DNA of 64,000 bases from an uncultured Bacteroidota bacterium (lineage in GTDB: Bacteria; Bacteroidota; Ignavibacteria; UBA10030; UBA6906). The notes beneath the pieces were generated by a model. The model was given only the letters and a program-made list of their open reading frames with translations, was not told the origin of the DNA and did no database searches. Every line of letters begins with the position of its first letter. Within the stretch, counting starts at the first letter, position 1. Shown in pieces: positions 39,837 to 50,241 of this stretch. The DNA lies in NCBI GenBank assembly GCA_963700635.1, contig CAVOYH010000003.1, positions 1,280,001 to 1,344,000 on the forward strand, written 5' to 3'. The position numbers and the translations under genes are program-made.

Positions 39837-41050
39837 AGACTCTTAATGTTATACGGTCGGCGTTCCGAGCTCTGCGGCGGAACAAAATGCGCTCGTTCCT
39901 GACCATGCTGGGAATTATCATCGGTGTGGCAGCCGTGATCGCCATGCTTGCGATTGGTCAGGGGGCGGAATATTCTGTGAAAGAGCAGATCTCCGCGCTC
40001 GGCACAAATGTGTTGATTGTGCTTCCGGGATCCCAACAACAGGGTGGAATCCGTGTCGGAGCGGGCTCAATGACCACCCTGACAGAAGATGATGCCTGGG
40101 CCATCGAAAAAGAATGTCCCGCCGTTGCATATGTCTCTCCCGGCGCACGTTCAGGCGGACAGATTGTCGCGGGGAACTTGAACTGGGGAACAAGTATTGA
40201 GGGCACGGGAGCCGACTATCTTGAAATCCGAAAGTGGTCGGTTGAATACGGTGATTTCTATTCTGAACAGGACGTGAAGGGGGCTGCGAAGGTGTGCGTG
40301 CTGGGTTGGACCGTGGCCACGAATCTGTTCCCCGAATCTTCACCGGTCGGCCAGTCTGTACGCATCCGGAACATGCCGGCAAGAGTGATCGGGGTTCTGA
40401 CCAAAAAAGGCCAGAATGCCATGGGGCAGGATCAGGATGATGTTGTGCTTGTTCCCTACACAACCGTCCTCCGGCGCCTGTCGCATTTTCCGTACCTGCG
40501 GCAGATTCTCATCTCGGCCACGAGCCCCACAAGCATTCGCGAGGCCGAGAGGCAGATCTCAGAACTTCTGCGCATGCGCCATAAAATCGCTTCGTACGAC
40601 CAGGACGATTTCACCATCCGGAATCAATCGGATCTGGCCGCAACAGCCACCGCGACGACGGAGATTCTCACCATTCTTCTCGCCAGCATCGCATCGGTCT
40701 CCCTTCTGGTCGGTGGCATCGGAATTATGAACATCATGCTTGTGTCCGTCACGGAACGCACACGGGAAATCGGGATACGTATGTCCGTGGGTGCCAGGGG
40801 CCGGGATATCCTCACCCAGTTCCTGATTGAGGCGCTCGTGCTGAGTCTTCTGGGAGGAATCATCGGCATTGTCCTCGGGGTAAGCGGGTCAATGGCCATC
40901 TCGGGATTTGCAAAGTGGCCGACAATTGTGACCGCATTCTCGATCATCCTGTCGTTCGGGTTTTCGATTGTGATAGGGCTCTTTTTTGGATTTTATCCGG
41001 CGCGTAAAGCAGCGCAACTAAATCCTATCGATGCACTTCGGTACGAGTAG
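39833..41050 (+). CDS. ABC transporter permease (MacB/FtsX type)
   Basis: [41 protein letters not shown]. Confidence 0.93.
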   Translation: MKTLNVIRSAFRALRRNKMRSFLTMLGIIIGVAAVIAMLAIGQGAEYSVKEQISALGTNVLIVLPGSQQQGGIRVGAGSMTTLTEDDAWAIEKECPAVAYVSPGARSGGQIVAGNLNWGTSIEGTGADYLEIRKWSVEYGDFYSEQDVKGAAKVCVLGWTVATNLFPESSPVGQSVRIRNMPARVIGVLTKKGQNAMGQDQDDVVLVPYTTVLRRLSHFPYLRQILISATSPTSIREAERQISELLRMRHKIASYDQDDFTIRNQSDLAATATATTEILTILLASIASVSLLVGGIGIMNIMLVSVTERTREIGIRMSVGARGRDILTQFLIEALVLSLLGGIIGIVLGVSGSMAISGFAKWPTIVTAFSIILSFGFSIVIGLFFGFYPARKAAQLNPIDALRYE

Positions 41051-41230
41051 CCTGCGCCGACCATGGGCAGGTTCTTTTCCAGCCACGCTCGAGTCCATCG
41101 AAGTATTCCGAGCGTCCCCGGCCGCGGGGACTGGTGCGCACGTGGTTGCGAATGATCCTCCGTCGCTGTATCTTGTCCTCCATCATGCACTTGTCACATC
41201 CCACGAAGCTCTAGAAAGGGAGGTACGTTT

Positions 41231-42019
41231 ATGAGCCACGCGCTATTGGGTCTTCTCGCACTTCTTGTCCTTTCCCCGGTTTCCAGTCTTGATGACTACC
41301 TTAAGGAGATGAAGACCACCAAGTCGGCTGTCCAGAACTTTGTTCAGAGCAGCATCGGCTATGGCTCATTGAACTATCCCTCCGCATGCAGTGTCATCCC
41401 GATGCAAAAAAGGCCGGCCCTGGTACAAGCGGTTGGAGAATTCGGACGGGCATTTGTGAAAACAGAAGTCTTCAAGAAGTGGTATGAAGATTTCCGGGAA
41501 GGTCGGAGGCCGGCAAAACCCGACCTGCTCCCGCTGAGCGCAGAAAGCAGAAAGATGCAGATCGCGGAGTTCAAAAAGAATATTGCGGAACAGGAAAAGG
41601 CACAGGCGGACGCACCGGCGGACCAGAAAGCCATCTACAAGGACGTGCTTACAGCTCTTCGTTCGATGCTGAAAGAGCTTGAGAATCAAAAGAAGAGCGC
41701 AGACGCCGAGATGGATGAGTATATCCGGCAGGCGAACGCCACTGCGTCGCAGGAGTATAAGGCAAAGCTGGAGACGTTCGAAAAAGAATATCCGGCGGGA
41801 AATCCCAAACCACTTCTCCAACGGCGCCTGCGGGAATTTCTCGAATCCACGGCGACTGTCGACTTTACAGCCAAGCTCGTGAAGAAAGGTGATACGTGGG
41901 AGTTCGCGAACCCTGCGTATGAGAAAAAAGACAGGAATTGGAAGATGGCCTTCCGGGCGGGGAAAGAGACTATCGAGACTGCCCGCACCTTTGCCAAAGA
42001 CTGGCTGAAGGAGCTCTGA
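41231..42019 (+). CDS. Hypothetical secreted helical protein
   Basis: GGGAGG RBS, signal peptide, charged coiled-coil middle. Confidence 0.7.
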   Translation: MSHALLGLLALLVLSPVSSLDDYLKEMKTTKSAVQNFVQSSIGYGSLNYPSACSVIPMQKRPALVQAVGEFGRAFVKTEVFKKWYEDFREGRRPAKPDLLPLSAESRKMQIAEFKKNIAEQEKAQADAPADQKAIYKDVLTALRSMLKELENQKKSADAEMDEYIRQANATASQEYKAKLETFEKEYPAGNPKPLLQRRLREFLESTATVDFTAKLVKKGDTWEFANPAYEKKDRNWKMAFRAGKETIETARTFAKDWLKEL

Positions 42020-42198
42020 TCGCCGGCCTTTTGATCGTTGCGGCGAAGATGTGAATCATTCCATGTGAATCACTACGTGGAAAAGGTGCTGCGACATCGG
42101 TGTCATAGAAATACGTCCGGCAGACAGAGCGCTCATCAGGTCAGAAGTTTTTGCGCTGCAGTTGGTGGCTGTCTGTCTGCCGGAGTCCTCGTTCGCAG

Positions 42199-43500
42199 CT
42201 ATTGTACCGCCTGTGCGCCACATCCTGCCACGGCTCCGAACAGGGCAAGGGTTTCTTTCATGGGATATCGGTTCATGAACATCGTAACCTTAGACGTGAT
42301 CTTTCCCTGCTTGTTCAGGCCCATAACCTCCCGCCACACGTTTGCCGGTGAATTCGGGTCATAGTCGACCTTTTCGCTGTACCGTGCACTGAGGAATCCT
42401 TCGAGATATGCCTTGTTCACAGAGATCCGTTTAGGAATTCCGCTGGTATTGCCTTTGGCGCTGGCAATTTCCAGGTCCCCGAACTGCTCGGCCATAAGGT
42501 TCAGTTTTGTGTTGCTGGCGGGGCTGTATTCCAGGTCGGCTTGTTTGTTCACGAAAAACGTGTTGTTGTCGATGCTTACCCATTCGTTCTTGTTAAACCG
42601 TGTGTGGTCGATGGCAGCGAGAACGCTGCCTCCGATGATGTTATGATGGATGTTGTAATTGCACTTGGTCATCACCCGTACACCGTATCCCATGTCTTTG
42701 AAATCTTTGAGTCGGCTCCAGGTAAAGAGGATGGTGTTGTGGGCTATCTCCACGTCGCCGCACAGGGAGAGTGAACCCGGCCCGCCGGTGCTTGCGCAGG
42801 TTCCAAAAATCTCGATAGCGGCCATGCGGTTTCCCACAAAGACATTATTGAGAACGCGGAACGTTCCCTTCCGGTGCCCTGCCTGCAGGCCGAAACTTGC
42901 GCCGTTGGCGAATACACAGTTGGTGATAGTCACATCGCCACCGGTACAGGCGCTGGCAAACTGGATGATCGGTTCTTCTGCGGTGCTGTTGCCGTTCGGT
43001 GGTTTTTCTGTTGACCGCAACAGGCGGCCGGTCGGGACGCCGGGGACCATGCCATCATTGGAGCTATAGGCGTTACGAAGGCCCATATCGAATACGATGC
43101 CGTCGATGATAGTCCCATTCACGTTTTTGGTGAACTTCAGGAATGCCTTTCTGCTCTTGCCGCCACTGGCATTATCGGGCTGAAACACGGTGGGTGTATT
43201 GACGATGTCCCGTTTGGAGAACCCTTCATCAAAACTGCCGAAGAGCTTGATCGGATTAGAGCTCTCGAGGTATCCAATGCCAAATGTGCCGCTATACACG
43301 CCTCCCGCGACACGGATTTCATCGCCGGCCTTGGCAAGCGCAATGGCCTTATCTATCTCCTGGACGGGACTCTCCCTGGTGCCGGGGTTACTGTTCTTTC
43401 CGTTTGTTTTTGAAACATGGATGACGCCGGCGAAGGTAAGACTGATGGCAAAGGCGCAAATCGTCATGGCAGAAACGAGGCGGCCGATGGAATGTCTCAT
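42199..43500 (-). CDS. Secreted right-handed parallel beta-helix protein (DUF1565-like N-terminus)
   Basis: IHVS...G.NSNPGT.ESP...I.KAI..A..GDEI.VAGG.Y; repeated N..F/N.I motifs; AGGAG RBS. Confidence 0.7.
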   Translation of the reverse strand: MRHSIGRLVSAMTICAFAISLTFAGVIHVSKTNGKNSNPGTRESPVQEIDKAIALAKAGDEIRVAGGVYSGTFGIGYLESSNPIKLFGSFDEGFSKRDIVNTPTVFQPDNASGGKSRKAFLKFTKNVNGTIIDGIVFDMGLRNAYSSNDGMVPGVPTGRLLRSTEKPPNGNSTAEEPIIQFASACTGGDVTITNCVFANGASFGLQAGHRKGTFRVLNNVFVGNRMAAIEIFGTCASTGGPGSLSLCGDVEIAHNTILFTWSRLKDFKDMGYGVRVMTKCNYNIHHNIIGGSVLAAIDHTRFNKNEWVSIDNNTFFVNKQADLEYSPASNTKLNLMAEQFGDLEIASAKGNTSGIPKRISVNKAYLEGFLSARYSEKVDYDPNSPANVWREVMGLNKQGKITSKVTMFMNRYPMKETLALFGAVAGCGAQAVQ

Positions 43501-43732
43501 GATGGCTCCTACGGTAATGTAAACATGGGAATGCGGGTGTCGCGGACGCGCGTATCCCAATCCGACCGCTCCAACCGGCGCCACGAGGGGAAATTGCAAT
43601 TCCGCGAAGGGACATAGAAGTATAACACCTCGAATGGGATTATGCAATGTTCCGGGATTAAAACATCAGGGCTTTCGCCTGTTCCTCTATTTCCGTTCAT
43701 TGCACCATGAGGATTTTCGAAGGAAACCACAC

Positions 43733-45565
43733 ATGCTGAAGATCGGCACAAAACTGGGTCTCGGGATCGGTGTTCTCCTGGCCCTCTGCGTCATCATCGG
43801 CCTGGTGTCGTATACGCAGACCGGTACCGTGCAGGAGAAGCTGGAAGAACTTACGCAGTTACGTGAGCCCGCAAATTCTGCCGTTTATGCACTGGAAAAC
43901 CGGATGGTCGAAAGTGCTTTTGCAGCATTCGGCTACTCTGCGACGGGCAGTCAGGATACTCTTCCGCCCGGAGCCATGTTCTCACGAGACTCCGGAAGCG
44001 CCGGGCGCGGAGACATCACGGCGAGAGCACTGCAGGCCACCTCCCGGCTGAGCAAGCCGGTCCGTGCCGGGCTCCATCGATTGGAGACGGCATCGCGCGA
44101 GCATATTCTCCTGAGAATGCGTCAGGCGCGAACGGTTGATACGCTGCACCGTCACCTCGAGGCTCTTGACAGGCTCCTCACGGACCGGATTCAACGGTCG
44201 GTACGCGTTGACGATCCCGTTGCGTACCGCAGGTTACAGGTGGTCCTAGGGATGCAGGTCCAGATGAATGCCATCACAAAACATATGGGCTCGTACCTCC
44301 TGACCGGGGAGGAACAGTTCTTTTCGTCGATCAGGAAAGCCGATATGTTGTTCCGCGAATTTTTCAGTGCGTACCGGGTGCTTCTGCTCCGGCCTGAAGA
44401 AAAATCATGGGCCGCTGAGCTCCGTATCCGGTCCGAAGTGGTCCTTGGCTATGTGGGTACGGTGTTGAAGCTGGAACAGGAGCGTAGAGAGCAACGCGCC
44501 TCATTCCTGTCCCTCTACCGTGAAGTACGATTACTCCTCAATGAAGGACTCCAGACGCAGACCCAGCAGGCTCTCGCACATGCCAAGGACGAACTTATTG
44601 CTGCAGGTCAGACGGCGAACACCACGATCCTTGTCGCTCTCATGCTGAGCGTTCTTGTCGGTGTCACCGTCGCGTATGCGACAACACGGAGCATCAGCAG
44701 ACCACTGCAGCAATTGACCACGGTGATGCATGCTATCACGTCGGGCAATACTGCACAGAAAGTGGACATTACCACGCGCGACGAATTCGGGCTTCTCGGT
44801 GAGGCGTTTAACGAGATGACCGATCGCATCGAAAGGGCCGAGCGTCTGCGCACGGCCGGTCTGCGCCTGTTTGCGACCTCGATGCAGCGTGCCCAGGAAG
44901 AAGAGCGCGCACGAATCGCCCGCGAGCTTCATGATGATCTGTGCCAGCGACTTACTGGAACAAAGTACCAGGTTGAAGTGCTCCATGACCAGCTGTTCCC
45001 CGGCAATCGCCGCATGGCAAATGAGCTCGAGGACGTGATGACGGAATTGGACCGGTCCATCACCGAAGTACGGAGAATATCCTTCAATCTCCGCCCGAGC
45101 GTGCTGGACGACTTTGGTCTTGTGGCGGCATTGCGTCTCCTGGGTTCCGAATTCCACCGTGCCCACGGCATTCCTGCGTCCATCGATGTCGCCGAGGATA
45201 TCGGGCGGGACATCGACACCCACAATGAAATCGCGCTGTATCGTATTGCCCAGGAGGCGCTGAATAATATTGCAAAACATGCCGGCGCAACCCGGGTCAG
45301 AATCCACCTCAGCCGGGAAGATATGCTTCTCCGCCTTCAGATCCAGGATGACGGCAGAGGTTTTATACAGGAGGATGTAGCGAAGAAACGGGGTCCGGGC
45401 CACGGACTCGGGCTCATCAGCATGAAGGAGCGTGCGGAATTGCTGGGTGGGCACTGTGATGTAACAAGTACACCAGGTGCAGGAACACTGGTGACGATTA
45501 CCATTCCACGGGGCGGAGAATACGCGAATGCGAAAAACCAGGATCCTCATAACGGACGATCATGA
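43733..45565 (+). CDS. Sensor histidine kinase (HAMP + HisKA_3 + HATPase)
   Basis: Two TMs, HAMP (DEFG.L..AFN.M), ERARIARELHD, QEALNNIAKHA, DDGRGF, GLGLISMKER. Confidence 0.92.
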   Translation: MLKIGTKLGLGIGVLLALCVIIGLVSYTQTGTVQEKLEELTQLREPANSAVYALENRMVESAFAAFGYSATGSQDTLPPGAMFSRDSGSAGRGDITARALQATSRLSKPVRAGLHRLETASREHILLRMRQARTVDTLHRHLEALDRLLTDRIQRSVRVDDPVAYRRLQVVLGMQVQMNAITKHMGSYLLTGEEQFFSSIRKADMLFREFFSAYRVLLLRPEEKSWAAELRIRSEVVLGYVGTVLKLEQERREQRASFLSLYREVRLLLNEGLQTQTQQALAHAKDELIAAGQTANTTILVALMLSVLVGVTVAYATTRSISRPLQQLTTVMHAITSGNTAQKVDITTRDEFGLLGEAFNEMTDRIERAERLRTAGLRLFATSMQRAQEEERARIARELHDDLCQRLTGTKYQVEVLHDQLFPGNRRMANELEDVMTELDRSITEVRRISFNLRPSVLDDFGLVAALRLLGSEFHRAHGIPASIDVAEDIGRDIDTHNEIALYRIAQEALNNIAKHAGATRVRIHLSREDMLLRLQIQDDGRGFIQEDVAKKRGPGHGLGLISMKERAELLGGHCDVTSTPGAGTLVTITIPRGGEYANAKNQDPHNGRS

Positions 45566-46214
45566 TGTTGTGCGCAGCGGGCTAAAGGCCCTGCTCCGGA
45601 GTTCGTCCGAGTTCGCCGTTGTGGGAGAAGCCGCCGACGGCGAAGAGGCGGTGCGCCGGGTCGATGAGCTTCTGCCCGACGTGGTCATGATGGATATCTC
45701 CATGCCTAGACTGGACGGCATCGGTGCAACCCGTCTTATCAAACAGCAACATCCTGACGTTCGGGTGATCGTGCTTACTGTCTATGAAGAGGAAGAGTAT
45801 GTGTATCAGATTCTCCAGGCAGGCGCCAGCGGTTACGTCCTGAAGAACGCGGGAAAAAAAGAGATCTTCGATGCCATCAAAGCTGTGTGCGCCGGCGAGC
45901 GGTTCTTCAGTCCGGGCGTGTCGCAGCTGATCGTTGACGGTTTCCTTAAACGGGCGGAGGAACAGAAGAAGACCGAGAAGACTGCTGAAACAGCAGGTAC
46001 GCAGCTGACCCGGCGCGAAACAGAAGTGTTACGATACATTGCGATGGGATACACCAACCGTCAGATTGCGGAAACGCTCTTCCTCAGCTTTCGAACTGTC
46101 AATACGCACCGGGCTAATCTCATGCAGAAACTGGACATTCACGATACGGCAGGTCTGGTCCGTTATGCGATGACACTCGGCCTTCTCCCGTCCGATCCCC
46201 CTCCCCGGAAGTGA
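45528..46214 (+). CDS. NarL/LuxR-family response regulator
   Basis: DDH, MDISMP, GYVLK, LTRRE.EVL..IA.G..N..IA HTH. Confidence 0.93.
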   Translation: MRKTRILITDDHDVVRSGLKALLRSSSEFAVVGEAADGEEAVRRVDELLPDVVMMDISMPRLDGIGATRLIKQQHPDVRVIVLTVYEEEEYVYQILQAGASGYVLKNAGKKEIFDAIKAVCAGERFFSPGVSQLIVDGFLKRAEEQKKTEKTAETAGTQLTRRETEVLRYIAMGYTNRQIAETLFLSFRTVNTHRANLMQKLDIHDTAGLVRYAMTLGLLPSDPPPRK

Positions 46215-46356
46215 GCATCGGGTACATGCTGTAGTTTCAGATATACAGTGTTTACCCGATTGAGATCCGCACCGCCTCTGCCTATCCTGGAACAGTTCAT
46301 CTGTTCATCACCCCGTACACCAGCGTCGGTGTACCAGTCAAAAGGTAGAGGTCACC

Positions 46357-47232
46357 ATGAACAAGGTCGTCTTAGCCTGCGTGCTCGCAGGCACTGTGTT
46401 AATCGGATGCGCGGACCGCGAAAAAGAGGAAGCGCTGCAAAAGCAGCTCACCCAGGCGGAAACCGATCGTCAATCATATCAGACTCTCCTGAACGAGCGT
46501 GACAAGTACGTTGAGGGAGTGATGAAGGAAATTAACGACATCTATTCTGATCTTGAGTCCACGCGAATCAAGGAAGGAAGACTGAAGGCACAGCCGGCGG
46601 GTGCCGAAGGGAAGACCACCGCGGTTGATCTGGACACACGCAAACAGCTGCTTGCAAACATCGCCTCGATTGGCGATGCTCTCAAGGAGAGCCGGAAACG
46701 TGTGAATGATCTGCGTGCACGGTTGAAGACGTCACAGGGAGAGATCGCCGGTCTGACAAAGCTGGTCGAGAACCTCCAAACCACTATTCTGGAGCGGGAA
46801 CAGTCCATCGCCCAGCTCCAGGCACAGGTCGTCGGCCTGGAAGAAACAGTCCAGAGCAAAACCATGCAGCTGGCAGAGAAAGACCAGTTGCTGGATGCGC
46901 AACGCCGAAAAATGAATGCTGCGTATTATGTTGCAGCCCCCCGCGAGGAACTAGAGGAGAAGGGCATCATCACTGAAGAGGGTGGGTTCCTCTGGGGGCT
47001 TCTTGGATCAACAACGGTCGTGGCGAGCGGATGGGATCTGTCAGCGCTCTCCCCGCTCGACAGAACCCGTGAACAAACGATTCATATCCCCGGGAAGATC
47101 TCACAAATCCTCCCGCTCCGGAATGCCAATCTCTTTGCTGCCGTAGAGGTCGGGGAGAATGAAACCGAACTGACGATACTTGAGCCGGAAAAATTCTGGA
47201 AGGATAATTACCTGGTGGTGGTCTTGGATTAA
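46357..47232 (+). CDS. Coiled-coil lipoprotein (Cbp1-like)
   Basis: Lipobox LIGC, long coiled coil, C-terminal AYY...EL..KGII..EGG and I..PEKFW...YLVVV. Confidence 0.65.
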   Translation: MNKVVLACVLAGTVLIGCADREKEEALQKQLTQAETDRQSYQTLLNERDKYVEGVMKEINDIYSDLESTRIKEGRLKAQPAGAEGKTTAVDLDTRKQLLANIASIGDALKESRKRVNDLRARLKTSQGEIAGLTKLVENLQTTILEREQSIAQLQAQVVGLEETVQSKTMQLAEKDQLLDAQRRKMNAAYYVAAPREELEEKGIITEEGGFLWGLLGSTTVVASGWDLSALSPLDRTREQTIHIPGKISQILPLRNANLFAAVEVGENETELTILEPEKFWKDNYLVVVLD

Positions 47233-47436
47233 GGGACAGGCATAGCCCCCCGCGGGCGTCCTCCGGAATAGATCAGGGGTGACCAAATGAGGCGGCATCC
47301 TCAGGGGTCACCCCTCCTTTTATTACATACTCTTCCTGCCGCCGCCTGGCGCCTTCGGATCGGCACTTCCGGAACATCCCGAAGCGGAACGGTGTTGCAA
47401 GGAAGGAAGATCCCAGAAACCCCATACCAGGAGACA

Positions 47437-48273
47437 ATGATGAAGACAGGGCCCGGACGCCTTTCCGCCGCACAGAAAGAGTTCTTCAGATCACGCGGCT
47501 ACCTCCACGGCCTTCCGCCTGCATATTCCAGAGCGGGAGTCGAAACTCTTCATACCGGGCTGCAGGAAGTGCTCAAACTGCTCCGTCCAGGGGAGACCTC
47601 CAAGGAAATCCGTGAATGGCACGAAACCAGCCGGTTCCTTTACGATATATGCATGAACGCCACCATTCTGGACTATGTTGAAGATCTCCTCGGTCCGAAT
47701 TTCTTTCTCTGGGGCTCCAACTTCTTCATCAAATCTCCCCGTAGCCTTTCTACCGTCGGATGGCACCAGGATGCGTACTACTGGCCCCTCGATCCCCATG
47801 AATCTCTCACGGTGTGGCTGGCATTTGACGACAGCACGACCGAAAACGGTGCCATGACCGTCGTACCAGGATCACACGCTGCCGGATTGCTGAAGCATGT
47901 CCGTGTGCGGGAGACCGATTCTGTGCTCATGCTTGAATGTGAACGGGGTCAGTTCCGGGAAGATACGGCCGTGCCCGTAACACTTCGCGCCGGCGAAGTG
48001 TCCATTCACGACGATAAACTCGTCCACGGGTCACCCGCCAATCCTTCAGATACCCGACGGGCGGGGTTGACTATCCGCTTCTCGCGGACCAATGTAAAAT
48101 GTGATCTTGCCATCAATCCTCACTTTACGACCTACCTCTGCAGGGGTGTTGACGAATATCACCACAATCCCCGCGGCACACTGCCCGTGGAGTTGTACGG
48201 CAGGCTTGATCGGGACCATCGGAGTGTCGAAGAAGCGGGTGTTGACGCGGAGAAACGACTCGGATTGATGTAG
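47437..48273 (+). CDS. Phytanoyl-CoA dioxygenase (PhyH) family Fe(II)/2OG enzyme
   Basis: WHQD, TVWLA.DD...NG...VPGSH, HGSPAN...RR; AGGAG RBS. Confidence 0.88.
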   Translation: MMKTGPGRLSAAQKEFFRSRGYLHGLPPAYSRAGVETLHTGLQEVLKLLRPGETSKEIREWHETSRFLYDICMNATILDYVEDLLGPNFFLWGSNFFIKSPRSLSTVGWHQDAYYWPLDPHESLTVWLAFDDSTTENGAMTVVPGSHAAGLLKHVRVRETDSVLMLECERGQFREDTAVPVTLRAGEVSIHDDKLVHGSPANPSDTRRAGLTIRFSRTNVKCDLAINPHFTTYLCRGVDEYHHNPRGTLPVELYGRLDRDHRSVEEAGVDAEKRLGLM

Positions 48274-48320
48274 GCTGAAGGAACGTATCGTTCCCGTGCG
48301 GAGATGCGCCGGGTTCAGGC

Positions 48321-50162
48321 CTAGCGGATGAGCAGCATGGTGACTTCGCGCGAGACCCCTCCCATCGTCACCCGGGCAAAATATATTCCGCTTGCCAGGC
48401 CGCGGGCATGGAACAACACCTGGTACTCACCCCGACCCATTACACCCTGGAGTAATGTGGCAACGCGCTGGCCTGTGATCGAAAACACCTCTAGAGAGAG
48501 ATATTGTTCCGTCTGGACGGTCAGGTGCAGCCTCGTCGAAGAGTTGAATGGATTGGGGTAGTTCTGCGACAGGGTAAATGCAGAGGGAATGTCCCGGGGG
48601 GCCAGTCCAACGCTTGTAAAGTTCGCGGTCCCGACAATCGGGAGATCAATGTATGATGGAGACGATGGATGGAGGACGAGTTCCGCTCCCGCTGACTGGA
48701 AATACGGAATAATATGGGCACGGGTGCTGTCCCACATATCCAGCGAGGAAATCTCCACGCCCACCCTGTGTCCCGGTGGGAAGTGATGCGACAGAGCATG
48801 ACCTTCAATCGTTTTCTCGACCGTAACCCCCGGCGCGGAGCCGCGCACGCCGTTTGGACAGCGCGTCACCAGCGTCCATATGCTTCCCGTGTCATGCGGG
48901 GCAACATCAAAGAGGCGCACATGCGCCTGGAACCGGGGGGTTTCACTTCTCAGGAGTAACCGCGCAGTGGGAATTCCGGTAACCTGGAGCGTGTCTAACA
49001 ATCGTTCTGAGACAAACCGCACCGGCGTGGTCTGGAACGCACGCCCGAATGCAGCGCCCTGATATTTCTCATCCCAGGCCTGCCGGGAACCGTATGTTGA
49101 ATCGTACCTGAGAGAAAAGGGCTTGTTCTCGGAAATCACCGGCGGTGTGGTCTGAAGAGCCGTGCCTGCAAGATACATCCGGACCTCTCCGGCCGGTTCA
49201 GGGGGCCAACCCAAGATCTCTCTATGAGGCCATGCCGGCCGATCATCGGCAAGAATCGTCCGGGGAACCCGTGCGTTCTCCAGCGGCGAACCCATCAACC
49301 AGTGATCGAACCACCCCAACATTAATTCGATGACAAACAGGTATTCCGGGAAATTGATCTGTTCACCGTGGCCATTGGTTCCGAAGTATGACCAGATCGG
49401 TATCGAACGCGCCGAAAGTTGTTTCACCGCACGGATTGCGCTGTTAGCCGGAAACAGCACATCCGCCCATCCGAGACTCTGTATGACAGGGATTTGAATG
49501 CTGTCCAGAAGCGGACTAAGATCGCGCGCCACCAGAAACGCAGAGATGCTATCGTACTCCTCCCGGACCACAAAGTCGCGCAGCCGATCGCGCAAAGGAT
49601 CATAACGCACAGACCCCAGGGTAAGCTCAAAACAGAGTTGTTGTTTTATACAGTTGTTCGGCAGCAGGTCCGTGGAATAGGAGGGAGGTGCAAGGAGGGT
49701 GGCAACTGTCTGCACGCCTGCCATCCGATGTATTGCCGCCAGCCATGCATGGACTCCTCCCTGCGAGCCACCTGCAATCCCGATGGCATTCGGGTTGATG
49801 CCGGACACGGTATCAAAAAAGGCCAGGACTTCCCTGAGATCCTGCGCTTCCCGATCCCCCATAATGGTTGAGAGGCCTTCCGATACCCCCTGCCCGCGTA
49901 CGTCGTACAACACACAGGCATACCCTCTTCCCGCCAGAAGCGTGCTGATCAGGGCAATGTCGGCCTTGTTACCTCCCAGACCATGAATGAAGATGACGAG
50001 AGGATATCCATTTTGTGGCGGGATGGTGGATGGTGTGACAAGCGTAGCCTCAAGATGTACACCGTCGCTCATCCGGATACGGTAGTCTGACGACACCTGA
50101 GCGTGGAGAGGAATCAACGCTCCCGCGAGAAGCCCACAGAGTAGAGACAGTATGTTTTTCAT
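48321..50162 (-). CDS. CocE/NonD-family alpha/beta hydrolase with T9SS sorting domain
   Basis: Signal peptide, MSDGV.L, D.RG.G.SEG, GGSQGG nucleophile elbow, PepX_C-like domain, LSQNYPNPFN tail. Confidence 0.85.
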   Translation of the reverse strand: MKNILSLLCGLLAGALIPLHAQVSSDYRIRMSDGVHLEATLVTPSTIPPQNGYPLVIFIHGLGGNKADIALISTLLAGRGYACVLYDVRGQGVSEGLSTIMGDREAQDLREVLAFFDTVSGINPNAIGIAGGSQGGVHAWLAAIHRMAGVQTVATLLAPPSYSTDLLPNNCIKQQLCFELTLGSVRYDPLRDRLRDFVVREEYDSISAFLVARDLSPLLDSIQIPVIQSLGWADVLFPANSAIRAVKQLSARSIPIWSYFGTNGHGEQINFPEYLFVIELMLGWFDHWLMGSPLENARVPRTILADDRPAWPHREILGWPPEPAGEVRMYLAGTALQTTPPVISENKPFSLRYDSTYGSRQAWDEKYQGAAFGRAFQTTPVRFVSERLLDTLQVTGIPTARLLLRSETPRFQAHVRLFDVAPHDTGSIWTLVTRCPNGVRGSAPGVTVEKTIEGHALSHHFPPGHRVGVEISSLDMWDSTRAHIIPYFQSAGAELVLHPSSPSYIDLPIVGTANFTSVGLAPRDIPSAFTLSQNYPNPFNSSTRLHLTVQTEQYLSLEVFSITGQRVATLLQGVMGRGEYQVLFHARGLASGIYFARVTMGGVSREVTMLLIR

Positions 50163-50169
50163 ATGAGGA

Positions 50170-50198
50170 AGTATAGCACTTGACGTGAACGGATGCAA
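50170..50198 (-). promoter_or_regulatory. Promoter giving a probable leaderless transcript of the CocE hydrolase
   Basis: TTGCAT, 17 nt, (TGn)TATACT, then 7 nt to ATG 50162; no SD. Confidence 0.6.
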
Positions 50199-50241
50199 GG
50201 CGCGCAGAGGTGGTACGCGATACCCACGCCCTCGAATTGTC

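Noticed and set aside
42049-42072. 10-bp direct repeat ATGTGAATCA between convergent genes
   Set aside because: Only two copies, with no associated promoter or element; plausibly chance.
44531-45550. 339-aa antisense ORF
   Set aside because: Shadow of the histidine kinase.
46220-46262. Possible NarL-type binding repeats upstream of the coiled-coil lipoprotein
   Set aside because: TACA-containing repeats are too degenerate to call.
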